Of a stretch of 39,096 bases of DNA, positions 8,533 to 17,696 are shown piece after piece; within the stretch, counting starts at the first letter, position 1; every line of letters starts with the position of its first letter. The position numbers were made by a program, and so were the translations under genes. The stretch lies in IMG/VR virus record IMGVR_UViG_3300035556_000082, positions 1 through 39,096 of that record; one strand, given 5' to 3'. Below the pieces are notes generated by a model. It had not been told where the DNA came from. It made no database searches and saw nothing but the letters and a program-made list of their open reading frames with translations. Origin of the DNA: a virus.

Positions 8533-8876
8533 GTCTGCCTCAGATGTTTTTCAACGTACTTCGCCGCGTTTCCCGCAAGTTGCTCCACAGGGTCCACGAT
8601 GAAATGACTTTTGCCTGTCGTGTGATTGAAATCGGCCCTCTGGTGCTGGATGTAGATATAATCCTTCGCTGGACCGCCGCCGCCGAGGATGATATTATCG
8701 TCTTCGCGCTCGCATCCGAGGTTATCTCTCATCGTTCCACCGCCTTTGAGAGCGACCGGGCATTGCCGCTTCATCTCCGAGAGGACCTCGCCCTTCGCCC
8801 ATTCTTCCAGGCCATCCATCGCCTTCTCCTTCGCTCTCTGAATTACAGATGCAGCGGCCCATTCTGTGATCTTCAC
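8529..8876 (-). CDS. HK97 gp10-like neck protein
   Basis: CPV...G.MRD, YIYIQHQ..DFNHTTGKSHFI motifs and position. Confidence 0.7.
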   Translation of the reverse strand: MKITEWAAASVIQRAKEKAMDGLEEWAKGEVLSEMKRQCPVALKGGGTMRDNLGCEREDDNIILGGGGPAKDYIYIQHQRADFNHTTGKSHFIVDPVEQLAGNAAKYVEKHLRQT

Positions 8877-9169
8877 AACCTCACCTCATACTCAATATTC
8901 TGACCTCCGACGCCCGTCGGCGAGAGGACCGCCAGGACGGGGCGAGGCGTTCCGCTATTGTAGATCACGAAGTCGCCCGGCTGGACGGCTGACATGGTGC
9001 GGAGGAGAGCGGTGGAGGTGATCTCCTGGCCGCCGGCGGTTCTGATGAGCTTAATCTCTTCGGTATAGCGGCATTTCTGATTTTCGTAATCGGTATACGT
9101 CGGCCCGTACAGGCCCGAGCCCGTCGCCTTTCGCCAGGTGAAGGTTTGCCGCATGGGGGTTATGCTCAT
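8873..9169 (-). CDS. Head closure (stopper) protein
   Basis: 98-aa beta-rich protein between the adaptor region and the gp10-like gene. Confidence 0.6.
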   Translation of the reverse strand: MSITPMRQTFTWRKATGSGLYGPTYTDYENQKCRYTEEIKLIRTAGGQEITSTALLRTMSAVQPGDFVIYNSGTPRPVLAVLSPTGVGGQNIEYEVRL

Positions 9170-9936
9170 TTCTTCGCCACCAGAATCTCAGTGCACCGGC
9201 ATCTCGGATGTAGAGTCGGTCCGTCGCCGCCGCCCTCAAATTGACCATCAGGGAGCTCCGCCCTTTTCCCGGACATGGGACGACAGAGGGAGCAAAGCCG
9301 CTCGTCAGGAGTTACGAGCCATTCGCGCTCCCAGTCGTCAGGGCTCAGGATGCCCCGCTTTACCGCCCCCCGGTTGGCTTCCCTATAACCCTCGTTAGCC
9401 GCCGTATGCCCTTCCGAAAGAGCGATCGTACTCGCCCTCCACCGGAGGAGCTTGTTGCGGTATCGGTCCACCGCCAGTTTACGGGCGGATTCGTCCATGT
9501 CCAGCTTCTCAAGACCGGCCTCGAAGTTTCGGACGGCCTGGACGTGCTGGGGGATAAGCCCGACGTTCTGCTTGATGATCTTGATTTGTTCATTCGGCGA
9601 AAGTCCCTCCTGGAACCCTCGGAGGATCGTTTCTCGGATCCCGGCCTTCGTCCCGGCGTCGATGTACTTGATCTCGTCGCCGCAGAACTTCTCCAACCAG
9701 GCGATCGCTTCGGGGCTCTTGAGGTCGAAAGAGACGCCCATCCCGACGAGCTTCCCGACCTCCTCAAGCTCTTTTTTCCCGCCTTCCAGGAACGCCTCCT
9801 CGATGAACGGCGACGGGTCGAAGGGGGTGACGGGAAAGTTCTTCCGGCCCTTCACCTCGACTTCGGCCTGCCATTTGAGGAATGCGGCGGCGATGTTCTT
9901 CGCCCATCGGTCACCGACGTCCTGAGTTGTGGTCAT
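9166..9936 (-). CDS. Head morphogenesis / minor capsid protein (SPP1 gp7 / Mu gpF family)
   Basis: C-terminal W....DERLCSLC...G....GPTLHPRCRC signature. Confidence 0.85.
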   Translation of the reverse strand: MTTTQDVGDRWAKNIAAAFLKWQAEVEVKGRKNFPVTPFDPSPFIEEAFLEGGKKELEEVGKLVGMGVSFDLKSPEAIAWLEKFCGDEIKYIDAGTKAGIRETILRGFQEGLSPNEQIKIIKQNVGLIPQHVQAVRNFEAGLEKLDMDESARKLAVDRYRNKLLRWRASTIALSEGHTAANEGYREANRGAVKRGILSPDDWEREWLVTPDERLCSLCRPMSGKRAELPDGQFEGGGDGPTLHPRCRCTEILVAKK

Positions 9937-10487
9937 ACTATCGGGGCGGATCGTAAAATGTATTTGGCGAGGAGATCATAAGCCCGCTTCGATTCGAGCC
10001 CCTTCATCCGGTCGGCGGTTCCGACGGCGTAGGTCTCGGAGGTCGCCGAATAGGTGACGTGAGTCACGCCCTGGCGGATCAAGTCGGATCGGGCTTTCCG
10101 GTCGGTCGAGGTCGTCTCCCTATCGTAGATCGCGATGGCCTCTTCACAACACGCATCTATGACAGCTTGCGGGACTTCGACCGATCCATCTGCCTCGTTC
10201 GTGTCAGGCCACCATCCGTCCGGCGTCTGGTATTCGCGGGGAAACTGGCGAGCTTGGGTCCCATCCCTCCGGTATTTTCGGCCCCGGAGAGGGAGGGCGT
10301 CGATGGTCCGGGTAGCTTCTTTGCAGTACCAGGCCTGAGCCGATGCCGAGGCCGCTTTCAGGGCGATGGCGGCCGCCCTGGGATCGTTTGTGAGGTATGT
10401 CTCCAGGACCGTCTCCGATAGGACATACGAATCATCGAAGTCATCGCCGGCAACCGTTTCTGATGCCGACCCTTCCCAATCGCTCAT
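9933..10487 (-). CDS. Head-tail adaptor (DnaT-like domain type)
   Basis: EATRTIDAL.LRGRK....QARQFPR and ACCEEAIA motifs. Confidence 0.7.
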   Translation of the reverse strand: MSDWEGSASETVAGDDFDDSYVLSETVLETYLTNDPRAAAIALKAASASAQAWYCKEATRTIDALPLRGRKYRRDGTQARQFPREYQTPDGWWPDTNEADGSVEVPQAVIDACCEEAIAIYDRETTSTDRKARSDLIRQGVTHVTYSATSETYAVGTADRMKGLESKRAYDLLAKYILRSAPIV

Positions 10488-11422
10488 TCCACCACCTCAA
10501 TATCAGGATTTACAAACACCCGATCGAATCGAGATCGCCACAAGTAATAAGTTCCAGGATCGAGCTTGAACGTCACGATCCCGAAAGCATCCGTCCACCC
10601 GGTCGTCACGTGGCCCGACCCGTCCTCGTTGGTCGTCACCTCCACTTTTACGCCCGATAAGGGCGTCGCGCCGTCGGTATCGTAGACGGTATAATTGCAC
10701 GTCTCGGCCCCCTGGGAGATATGCAGCGACCCGATCAGAACGGGAATGGTCGTCCCGGTATCCTCGATGATCGAATCGACTATCCCGTCCACCGTTGCCA
10801 GGGCCGCCGCCGTTGCCAGGAGGGCATGGGCGGCGTCCATCTCGGCTTTCGTCGGCGGGTCATAAGCATTCAGGGCAGCGGTGGCGGCTGCCTGGGCCTC
10901 GGCCGATGAGAGGTCATTCAGAGCGGCGACGGTCGCTTCTAGGGCGAGGTCCGAGATGTCGGGGATGTCGCCCGGAGTGGCGAGCCCGCTCTGGATGGCC
11001 GCCACGGCTGTCGAGTTCGGGGCGTCTACCAGATCCATCTCGTCCCCGGCTTCGGCGGGAGTCGGCACCGCGCCGCCGTCCCATGCCTGGACGTCTGCGG
11101 GGACCTCCCCGAGCCGGAACCGCAGGACGACCTCCCCGACGACCGAGGTGCCGTCTACCGTTCCAGCCGTGACGATCACAGAGAACTCGTGGCCGGTAGC
11201 GTAGAACGTACCGTTCTGGCTTGTGTCGATGGTGAGGGTGTGGAGGCCCGTCACAGAGCCGGAGTCTACCACCAGGGAAACGCCGTCGGTGGTGGTGGCC
11301 GTGGCCGCGTCCTTCCGGACGGCGACCGCTGGCGATCCAGCCCAAGTGATCGGAGCCCCGTCGCCGTCGCGGGTATTGAATTGGCTGTATACTGTTTCCC
11401 CTGCCTGGTAGACTTCCATCAT
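10484..11422 (-). CDS. Putative head fibre/appendage protein (beta domain, coiled coil, beta domain)
   Basis: Beta-rich N-terminus, Ala-rich helical middle, C-terminal TDAFGIVTFKLDPGTYYL prealbumin-like segment. Confidence 0.55.
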   Translation of the reverse strand: MMEVYQAGETVYSQFNTRDGDGAPITWAGSPAVAVRKDAATATTTDGVSLVVDSGSVTGLHTLTIDTSQNGTFYATGHEFSVIVTAGTVDGTSVVGEVVLRFRLGEVPADVQAWDGGAVPTPAEAGDEMDLVDAPNSTAVAAIQSGLATPGDIPDISDLALEATVAALNDLSSAEAQAAATAALNAYDPPTKAEMDAAHALLATAAALATVDGIVDSIIEDTGTTIPVLIGSLHISQGAETCNYTVYDTDGATPLSGVKVEVTTNEDGSGHVTTGWTDAFGIVTFKLDPGTYYLWRSRFDRVFVNPDIEVVE

Positions 11423-11423
11423 A

Positions 11424-11975
11424 TCACCCTATGAGCGGACTTGGACCGCCTATCAGCGGGCTCGGTCCTCCGATGAGTCGCGATTTTGAGCCGATCCGCC
11501 GCCCCGCGCCGCCGGAGGGGATAGTCCCCCATACAGCAACGGCATAGTTGCGCACATTTGAATTTAATGGGGCTGGATTATTAGGATATACAAACGAACT
11601 ATAATTCGGTGCGGATAAGAATTTCTCCACCCCTCCCAAAGAGTGCCGATGGACTACTTCACCCGATGTGCCAGTCCACGCCAACCAATACGTAGCTCCT
11701 TGGATTACACTGGGACCGTCGAAATCCAACGAGTTCCAGTCGTTCGGGATGGATGCGAATATGCTAGACGTCTGCGCTAGACACGTGCCCGGCACCCCAT
11801 CGATATCGGAATATATGGCTACCTTGAGATTCGTCGTGGCCTTGATTTTTAGGCGGAACTGCGTAACTTTTCCACTTGCCACCGCACCAAATCTCTGGAA
11901 GTACGCCCATGTATTCGTAGAGTAGCCCGTCAAGACTATACCGTCGTTCCCGGCCAGCTTCACCTCATCGGCCAT
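11424..11975 (-). CDS. Putative adhesin/carbohydrate-binding beta-sandwich protein with LIGGPSP tail repeat
   Basis: KVAIYSD..GVPG..LA and GATYWLA motifs seen in surface beta-sandwich domains; AT-richer than its neighbours. Confidence 0.55.
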   Translation of the reverse strand: MADEVKLAGNDGIVLTGYSTNTWAYFQRFGAVASGKVTQFRLKIKATTNLKVAIYSDIDGVPGTCLAQTSSIFASIPNDWNSLDFDGPSVIQGATYWLAWTGTSGEVVHRHSLGGVEKFLSAPNYSSFVYPNNPAPLNSNVRNYAVAVWGTIPSGGAGRRIGSKSRLIGGPSPLIGGPSPLIG

Positions 11976-12500
11976 CTACGGCACCGCCGCCGAGCCCAAC
12001 CACCCCACGACCGTCCCGCCGTCAACCTCCACCACCCGAGCCCACGAGACAACGTCGCCCGACACCGCGCCGATGGCCGTTTTGGTGGTCCCGGACGAGG
12101 CGGAGCTGTTGCCCTCGGGGATAACGTTGACGATCTTCCGGGTATTGTTCAGGAAGAACCAGACCTCGAAGGGCCGCTCGATCCCGGATATGGTGGCAAA
12201 GACGCTGTCGCCTGATATACCACCGGCGAGAGCGGCAGGCCTCGGCAATGCCAGAACATTGGACCCTCCCCGGATGGTGAGCCGGAGCTTCCCCGCGTCC
12301 TGGAGGTCGGAGATCATCTGCTGGATCTGGATATCGTCGAGCCCCGAGAAGCCGAGCCGCTTCTCGATCGAGAACTTGTCAAGCTCCCATCGGATGTCCT
12401 CGATGGTGGCGTTGTAGTTCTCCAGGCTGTTAAGCCGAGCAGCGACGCCCGCCAGCTCAAATTTTGGGATCATCGCCCTATCTTCTAGTATTATGGTCAT
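11976..12500 (-). CDS. Hypothetical virion-module protein (174 aa)
   Basis: Coupled within the operon; no motif recognised. Confidence 0.65.
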   Translation of the reverse strand: MTIILEDRAMIPKFELAGVAARLNSLENYNATIEDIRWELDKFSIEKRLGFSGLDDIQIQQMISDLQDAGKLRLTIRGGSNVLALPRPAALAGGISGDSVFATISGIERPFEVWFFLNNTRKIVNVIPEGNSSASSGTTKTAIGAVSGDVVSWARVVEVDGGTVVGWLGSAAVP

Positions 12501-12643
12501 CGTGCCAACTCCGCCTGCCTATTCTGAATGAGATCCCGCGCCGTCCCGTAGTCCATCCCGATCGCCACCGAATCTACGACCTCCCCGGCAGCATAGTCCT
12601 CGCCTAGATGAGAGACCGAAGTCAGAAGGATGAGGAGAGGCAC
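12497..12643 (-). CDS. Small hypothetical protein (48 aa, GTG start)
   Basis: Manual translation MPLLILLTSVSHLGEDYAAGEVVDSVAIGMDYGTARDLIQNRQAELAR; ATGA overlap with the next gene. Confidence 0.5.
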   Translation of the reverse strand: MPLLILLTSVSHLGEDYAAGEVVDSVAIGMDYGTARDLIQNRQAELAR

Positions 12644-12647
12644 AGGA

Positions 12648-12998
12648 TCACCGCCAGTAGACTTTCACCGAACACGCTTTCGACGCGGCGCACCCCGTCC
12701 CGGACACCGTGAGCGATCCATGGACCGGGAACGGCGTCCACTTGTTATCCCCCGCGCTCGCCCCGGTGATCGCCGCCCTCGGATACCGGACAGCCGATCC
12801 CGCGTTGATATCGTAGCTGTCGATCTGCTCCGAGGTGTCGGTCTCTTTGGTGGCGAGAGTAGAGGCCGCGTTTATCGTTCCCTTGTCGTAAACGAGCTTA
12901 AGGATCTCGCCATTGATCGCTTTCGAGACGCCAGAAGCCACGCCCCCGGCCGTCACGGTGACGGCGATCGTCTCGACCTTAATCAGTTCCGGCTTCAT
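12648..12998 (-). CDS. Putative capsid decoration protein (116 aa, all-beta)
   Basis: Start reassigned to the ATG at 12998 after a GAGGAA RBS; beta-strand-rich; downstream of MCP. Confidence 0.55.
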   Translation of the reverse strand: MKPELIKVETIAVTVTAGGVASGVSKAINGEILKLVYDKGTINAASTLATKETDTSEQIDSYDINAGSAVRYPRAAITGASAGDNKWTPFPVHGSLTVSGTGCAASKACSVKVYWR

Positions 12999-13179
12999 CT
13001 TTCCTCCTCGACCTCTTCGGCTTCTCCTCCGCCACCGGCTGAGGGGCCGGGACTTCGTCAAAGAAGCCCCGGCGCACCAGCTCGGCCGCCATCATGTCCG
13101 GCTCAAGCGTGATCTCGTCGCCTACCCGGAGGAAAATCCCAGGGTAGGGGCGATGAGCCCGCTTGACTCTCAGCTTCAT
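12979..13179 (-). CDS. Small protein typical of post-MCP genes (66 aa)
   Basis: GDEITL...AAELVRRGF pattern with a basic C-terminal tail. Confidence 0.6.
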   Translation of the reverse strand: MKLRVKRAHRPYPGIFLRVGDEITLEPDMMAAELVRRGFFDEVPAPQPVAEEKPKRSRRKDEAGTD

Positions 13180-13868
13180 GACCAGGTCCCCAGAGATGCA
13201 ACCTTTCGATAGGCTACCCCATCGCAGTAGAAATAATAGAAGCTCCCTACTGCATCGGTCGTGGTCAGAGTCGCCGCACCGCCGACCGTCTCCGCGCCCT
13301 CGCCGTCGATGATCACGTCGAAGTCACCTGGATCGGTCGTCACGGATATCATGAAGAACTTCCCAGCGTTAGCGGCGGCCGTCGGCATGGTGATAGTTTG
13401 GTTAGCGGTCGTGTTACCTACATGGAAGATCGTTCCGTCGGTGTCAAGCACCGTGTAGTCGGCGTCCTTTACGATCGGAGTCTGGACGATCGGTCCGGTG
13501 AACGTCGCGGTCTCAGCGACCGTCAAGCCATCGAGGGTCGTCGCGCCGTCCACATCTAGATCGCCGCCTACGGTCGTGTCGTTCACCGAAACGAGATCAT
13601 CAGCGGTGAGCGTATCGGCTATGGTGGCGTCGTCTGTGGAGGTGAGCTGCTCACCGGTTACGGTGGTCGTGGCGGTCACAGCACCATCCGAGGCGATGGT
13701 TCCGGCGGTGAGGTCTCCCACTACGTCGGCATCGTCGCCGACGGTGAGATCCCCGCCTAACGATATGTCGCCCCGGTTCGAGAAGCCCTGTGCTGGGCCG
13801 AAGTTAGGTAGGGCCGTCACCGCTCCGATCAGGGAGAGGATGGCGAGGATGGTTAGAATTCGCTTCAT
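13176..13868 (-). CDS. Fibre-like protein with N-terminal signal peptide
   Basis: MKRILTILAILSLIGAVTA signal; G/D/T-rich beta-repeat stalk (LGGDLTVG, VGGDLDVDG); knob-like C-terminus (QTITMPTAA..AGKFF). Start at 13868 after a GAGGTGA RBS. Confidence 0.7.
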   Translation of the reverse strand: MKRILTILAILSLIGAVTALPNFGPAQGFSNRGDISLGGDLTVGDDADVVGDLTAGTIASDGAVTATTTVTGEQLTSTDDATIADTLTADDLVSVNDTTVGGDLDVDGATTLDGLTVAETATFTGPIVQTPIVKDADYTVLDTDGTIFHVGNTTANQTITMPTAAANAGKFFMISVTTDPGDFDVIIDGEGAETVGGAATLTTTDAVGSFYYFYCDGVAYRKVASLGTWS

Positions 13869-13891
13869 TTTCTTAGTCACCTCGTCGTCCT

Positions 13892-14914
13892 TCAGAAGTT
13901 GTAGATCTTCCCGTGGTAGTGCTCGGTAGTGTAGTCGAGGGAGATCTGGCAGTAGAGCTGGCCTCTGTCGGCAGCCCCTACCTTAGAGATCGGCTCGAAG
14001 AACATGTAGCCACCGGGCCGCCCGTTCCGCTCAGGTACGGGGAGGAAGACAGGGCTCACGTAGGCGAGATCGATCAGGCCGAGGGTGTTTTCGGGACACT
14101 GAGGAACCTCCACCAGCGGGAACCGCCCGGCCTGAGTCACGATGGTATCGATCTGACCAGAGAGGGTCCCGATGGAGTTGGTAGGCCCGGCCATGATGGT
14201 AACTCCGTAGAGGTCGGCGAGCTCCTTGATGGCGCTGTACCGACCGATGAAGACGGGGTTGACCATCGGAGCGTAGCTCGTCTCTTTCATCAGGAGGAGG
14301 AGAGCGTCCACATCCGCCACCGTGAGGGCATCGCCGTCGGCGTCCACCTTGTTAGTGTTGAGGGTATGCGCGGCCCCACCGTCCTTGTTCTGGGTGGCGA
14401 AAAGACCGGCCATCCTGGAAGCTTCGGCGGAAGAGGCGGATTCGTTGGGCTGGCCGTTGAGCATGTGGTACTCAATATCTATCGCCATCTGCCTAATATT
14501 CATGTTCAGGTTGTCGGTCCAAGGGTCGTTCTCGTCCTGCACATCGCCAATGATAGGCAGACCAGACAGGACGCCCTTCGCGCTCAGGGAGAGGTAGCTC
14601 GCGCCGACGCCCCGATGGAATATCTGGATGTAGTTGTACTCGGTCTGCGCCCGGTCGTAGTTCCTGGGTGTGGGGGTGGTGGCAGTCTCGTCTTCAGTGA
14701 TGTCCTGCTGCGAGGCCGCGTCGAAGGCGTTCTCGGAGTTGAGCGGGAACTTCAAGACGGTCGTGGTCTTCGCTCCGCCGGCCCGGCCCATCGTTCCCAG
14801 GCCGCCAATCATGTTCAGAAACTTGCAATTCTTGTCGGTCAGTCCAAGCGTTAGGAGCTGGCCGTGATACTGGGGAGTGTTCCAGTACGTTGCGGAGGCA
14901 TCAGCGTTAGCCAT
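13892..14914 (-). CDS. Major capsid protein (HK97 fold, SU10-like family)
   Basis: 340 aa directly after the scaffold; NYIQIF...V..S and AIDIEYHML.G motifs. Confidence 0.85.
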   Translation of the reverse strand: MANADASATYWNTPQYHGQLLTLGLTDKNCKFLNMIGGLGTMGRAGGAKTTTVLKFPLNSENAFDAASQQDITEDETATTPTPRNYDRAQTEYNYIQIFHRGVGASYLSLSAKGVLSGLPIIGDVQDENDPWTDNLNMNIRQMAIDIEYHMLNGQPNESASSAEASRMAGLFATQNKDGGAAHTLNTNKVDADGDALTVADVDALLLLMKETSYAPMVNPVFIGRYSAIKELADLYGVTIMAGPTNSIGTLSGQIDTIVTQAGRFPLVEVPQCPENTLGLIDLAYVSPVFLPVPERNGRPGGYMFFEPISKVGAADRGQLYCQISLDYTTEHYHGKIYNF

Positions 14915-14924
14915 TTCGTTTCAC

Positions 14925-15560
14925 CTATAACCCTTGTTTCTTGATTTTCAAGGCGGTCACTCTCTTCCAGTCGTTCGGATCGCCCGAACGCATGGCTTTG
15001 AGTTCCGCCTCTTTGATCTGAGTGTCCAGGTCGGGGGGCTTCCCGGTCGGGTTGGCCGGATTCGTGCCCGCGCCGCCTACCTGCACGTTTGGCGGGAAGA
15101 GACGGGGGAGGAGGGACGCGCCCTCTTCAATCTCGTCTTCTGTCTCGCCTGGAACCGTCCGGAGGACGTCGGAGATTGAAACACCATCGGGGAGCCTGAT
15201 CTTCTTTTCGGCGATCAGCTTTTCGACCTTGGATCGCTTGAGATCCGAGATCTCCCTGGCTTTGAGTTTCGCCTCCAGTTCGGCGGCTTTGGCGGTCGCC
15301 TTCTGGAGTTCGGTCTTTTCGTCGTCTGCCTGCTTTCGCTTTGCAACGATGATTTCTTTCGCTTCCTTCAGAGAGACGCCAAGCTCTTCGGCGAGCTTTT
15401 CCTCTCTCGCCTTCCGATCTCTCTTGAGCCGATCTTGAACTATGGCGTCCACTTCGGCCTGAGTGAGCCGCTTCTCGCCCTCCCCCACAGGGGGAGTAGT
15501 TGGTTCCCCGCCTTCGTTGCCAGCGAGAGGCGTTCCCGCGTTATTTTCATTTTCTGTCAT
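14925..15560 (-). CDS. Capsid scaffolding protein (211 aa)
   Basis: LTQAEVDAIVQDRLKR motif, charged coiled coil, upstream of MCP; start reassigned to the ATG at 15560. Confidence 0.8.
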   Translation of the reverse strand: MTENENNAGTPLAGNEGGEPTTPPVGEGEKRLTQAEVDAIVQDRLKRDRKAREEKLAEELGVSLKEAKEIIVAKRKQADDEKTELQKATAKAAELEAKLKAREISDLKRSKVEKLIAEKKIRLPDGVSISDVLRTVPGETEDEIEEGASLLPRLFPPNVQVGGAGTNPANPTGKPPDLDTQIKEAELKAMRSGDPNDWKRVTALKIKKQGL

Positions 15561-15639
15561 GAATATTGCCTCAGTTTTAGGGCGCGAGTCGCCCGTGGTG
15601 TTCAAGCGTCGATCCACCAGTGATCAACAGGATCAATCA

Positions 15640-15822
15640 TCAGCTATCCTCGACCCGGCTCTGCATCGCTATGGTGCCCGCGGCCAACATCGCTCCTATC
15701 TGGCGGGTGAGCCCGGCCTCCAGCTCTTTGGCCGTCGGCGTTCCCGAATTCAGGGTATTCAGAGCATCGACCTCGCCATCGAGGGCGGTCTTGATTGCGG
15801 CTATCGTGGTTGTATTTGCCAT
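15640..15822 (-). CDS. Small hypothetical protein (60 aa)
   Basis: GAGGT RBS before the ATG at 15822; helical Ala-rich sequence. Confidence 0.5.
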   Translation of the reverse strand: MANTTTIAAIKTALDGEVDALNTLNSGTPTAKELEAGLTRQIGAMLAAGTIAMQSRVEDS

Positions 15823-15992
15823 CCTATCAACCTCTATTCTATCCCCCACCCCGGCTCCGGGGCAATCGACGACATGAAAATCTCTTGCCAGTTGTCATCC
15901 AGGTACATGGCGATGCACCACATGGTCTCATCGATCGGATCACCACCCGGCCCGGTATCGTTCCGCCGTCTTTAAGCGATGTGATCATGAAA

Positions 15993-17456
15993 TCAAATCC
16001 TGTTCATCATCTCGCCGAACTCTTCCGCGATCTGGTCCTCCGAGAAGCCCCGGTCCCTCATTAGACCCTGGGCCGACCGGACAGAGCCCGTCACCAGAAC
16101 TGCATCCCTCTGGGCGTCGGCCATCTCGTCGGCGGGGAGGCCGTCGTGCCATGTGATTTTTAGATCGGTAAGCTCCACCGCGCCCGCCATGCCCGCGTTG
16201 ACCTCCAGGGCCGAACATAGCCGGAGGAGCCTCTTGATCGTCGGCGTCGTCCTCGTCTGGAGCCTGTTGGCCTTTTTCAATGGAGCTGTGAGCATGATCC
16301 GGAGAGCCTGAGCCGAAAGCCCCTGGCCCCCAGCGGAGGCGTCGAAAGCTACCTTGCACGTCTCGGAGATCTCGAATAGCCTTTGCATCAGGCTCTCGAT
16401 CGTGACGAAGTTGGCCGGAAGCTCGCCGTTCCAGGTGATCATGCCCGGAGGCGACTGACCTTCGACGAGGTTGATATACTTCGACCCGCCGGTGATTTTG
16501 TACTCACCATCCCGGGGGTCTTGTTCCTCAATCGGGGGTCCGAACATCCAGGGGTCGGAGAACTTGTCCTCGATTCTGAGGATCTGAGCGTACCTCCATT
16601 CAAGCTCCCTGATGATATCGGCTATATCGAGGTAGTCGTCCATCCCATGATACCGTTTTGTGGAGGTGACGTTTTGGATGAGCTGAATCGTGAAATCGTC
16701 GATCCCCGTCTCTTCGATCGCCACCGTGCCCCGGAACTCTGGGAGCTGGTTTAGGTCGAGCTGAGCGTCGATCTTCTCGTCGGCGATCCGATATAGGCGA
16801 TGCTCTATTCGGCCGACCGTATGAATTTCGACCTTGAGATACTGGACGCGCCCGATGGAGATCGGCTTTTCCTTCTCCCAAGCCTTGATGGTGGCTTCGG
16901 GAAGGAAAGACTGATTTTCGGCGCTCACCATCGTTTCGACATCGATCAGGCCCGGCTCTTCGCGGGCGTCGATCGTGTAGGCGAGGACGTGAGCCTTAAC
17001 GCGCTTGACGTTCCCCGAATCGACGATCGGGAACCAGTACTCAGGCGGGACGTTCTCGACGATCCCGTACCCGTCATATCGGATCTTGAGGACGGCATCG
17101 CCGAACTTCGAGACGTCGATTATGGCATCGCTTAACACGGTCCAGAAGTCGGTATCCTCGATGATCCGGTCGATCGCGTCGGTCTCGGCGTCGGATTCGG
17201 CCGATACCTCCGGAGGCTCACCACAGACGAGATCGGACCAGAGGAGGGAGAGCCGTTTGAAGAAGTTCAAGACGAGCCGAAGATCGCCCGACTTGTCGGC
17301 CCTAAGCTTCCGGATCTCGTCTTTCCAGACCTCGCCATGCTCTCCGACGAAGAGGCTCTCATTGGTGGCGTATTTCTTGAGCCTGTTGGCCGTGTCGGTA
17401 TCTTTCGGCGGCCAGGGCGCACCCTTCGCGAATAGAGCCTCTATATCGGTGATCAT
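15993..17456 (-). CDS. Portal protein (SPP1 gp6-like, 487 aa)
   Basis: Position after terL; GQGLSAQALR and W.DGLP.DE motifs; ATG at 17456 overlaps the upstream stop (ATGA). Confidence 0.88.
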   Translation of the reverse strand: MITDIEALFAKGAPWPPKDTDTANRLKKYATNESLFVGEHGEVWKDEIRKLRADKSGDLRLVLNFFKRLSLLWSDLVCGEPPEVSAESDAETDAIDRIIEDTDFWTVLSDAIIDVSKFGDAVLKIRYDGYGIVENVPPEYWFPIVDSGNVKRVKAHVLAYTIDAREEPGLIDVETMVSAENQSFLPEATIKAWEKEKPISIGRVQYLKVEIHTVGRIEHRLYRIADEKIDAQLDLNQLPEFRGTVAIEETGIDDFTIQLIQNVTSTKRYHGMDDYLDIADIIRELEWRYAQILRIEDKFSDPWMFGPPIEEQDPRDGEYKITGGSKYINLVEGQSPPGMITWNGELPANFVTIESLMQRLFEISETCKVAFDASAGGQGLSAQALRIMLTAPLKKANRLQTRTTPTIKRLLRLCSALEVNAGMAGAVELTDLKITWHDGLPADEMADAQRDAVLVTGSVRSAQGLMRDRGFSEDQIAEEFGEMMNRI

Positions 17457-17695
17457 TCGTCCCTCTCTCTCTGGCGTCGCATGTAGGCGAGGTTGTCCTC
17501 GATGTTCCCGGCGATCTTTCCAAGATGTGAAACGCAAATCCGGAGCCCGTCCCATGTACACTTCTGGCCAGTAGCATGGACGGAACCGCGCGAATATTCG
17601 AAGATCTCGGCTGAAATGGCCACTTTCGCGTAGGCGTCTTGGTCTTTCAGCTTCGCACCGCATAAAGCGCATTTCAGCCCTTCGGATTCGGTCAT
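17453..17695 (-). CDS. Small putative zinc-binding protein (80 aa)
   Basis: CALC ... ICVSH; coupled between terL and portal. Confidence 0.55.
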   Translation of the reverse strand: MTESEGLKCALCGAKLKDQDAYAKVAISAEIFEYSRGSVHATGQKCTWDGLRICVSHLGKIAGNIEDNLAYMRRQRERDE

Positions 17696-17696
17696 T

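Noticed and set aside
15834-15988. Possible frameshifted small gene after the portal (MITSLKDGG... / MWCIAMYLDDNW...)
   Set aside because: Two short frames with no clear slippery site or homology; cannot be called
17457-17672. N-terminal extension of the portal ORF in the ORF track
   Set aside because: It overlaps the 17453..17695 gene; the ATGA-coupled start at 17456 is more plausible
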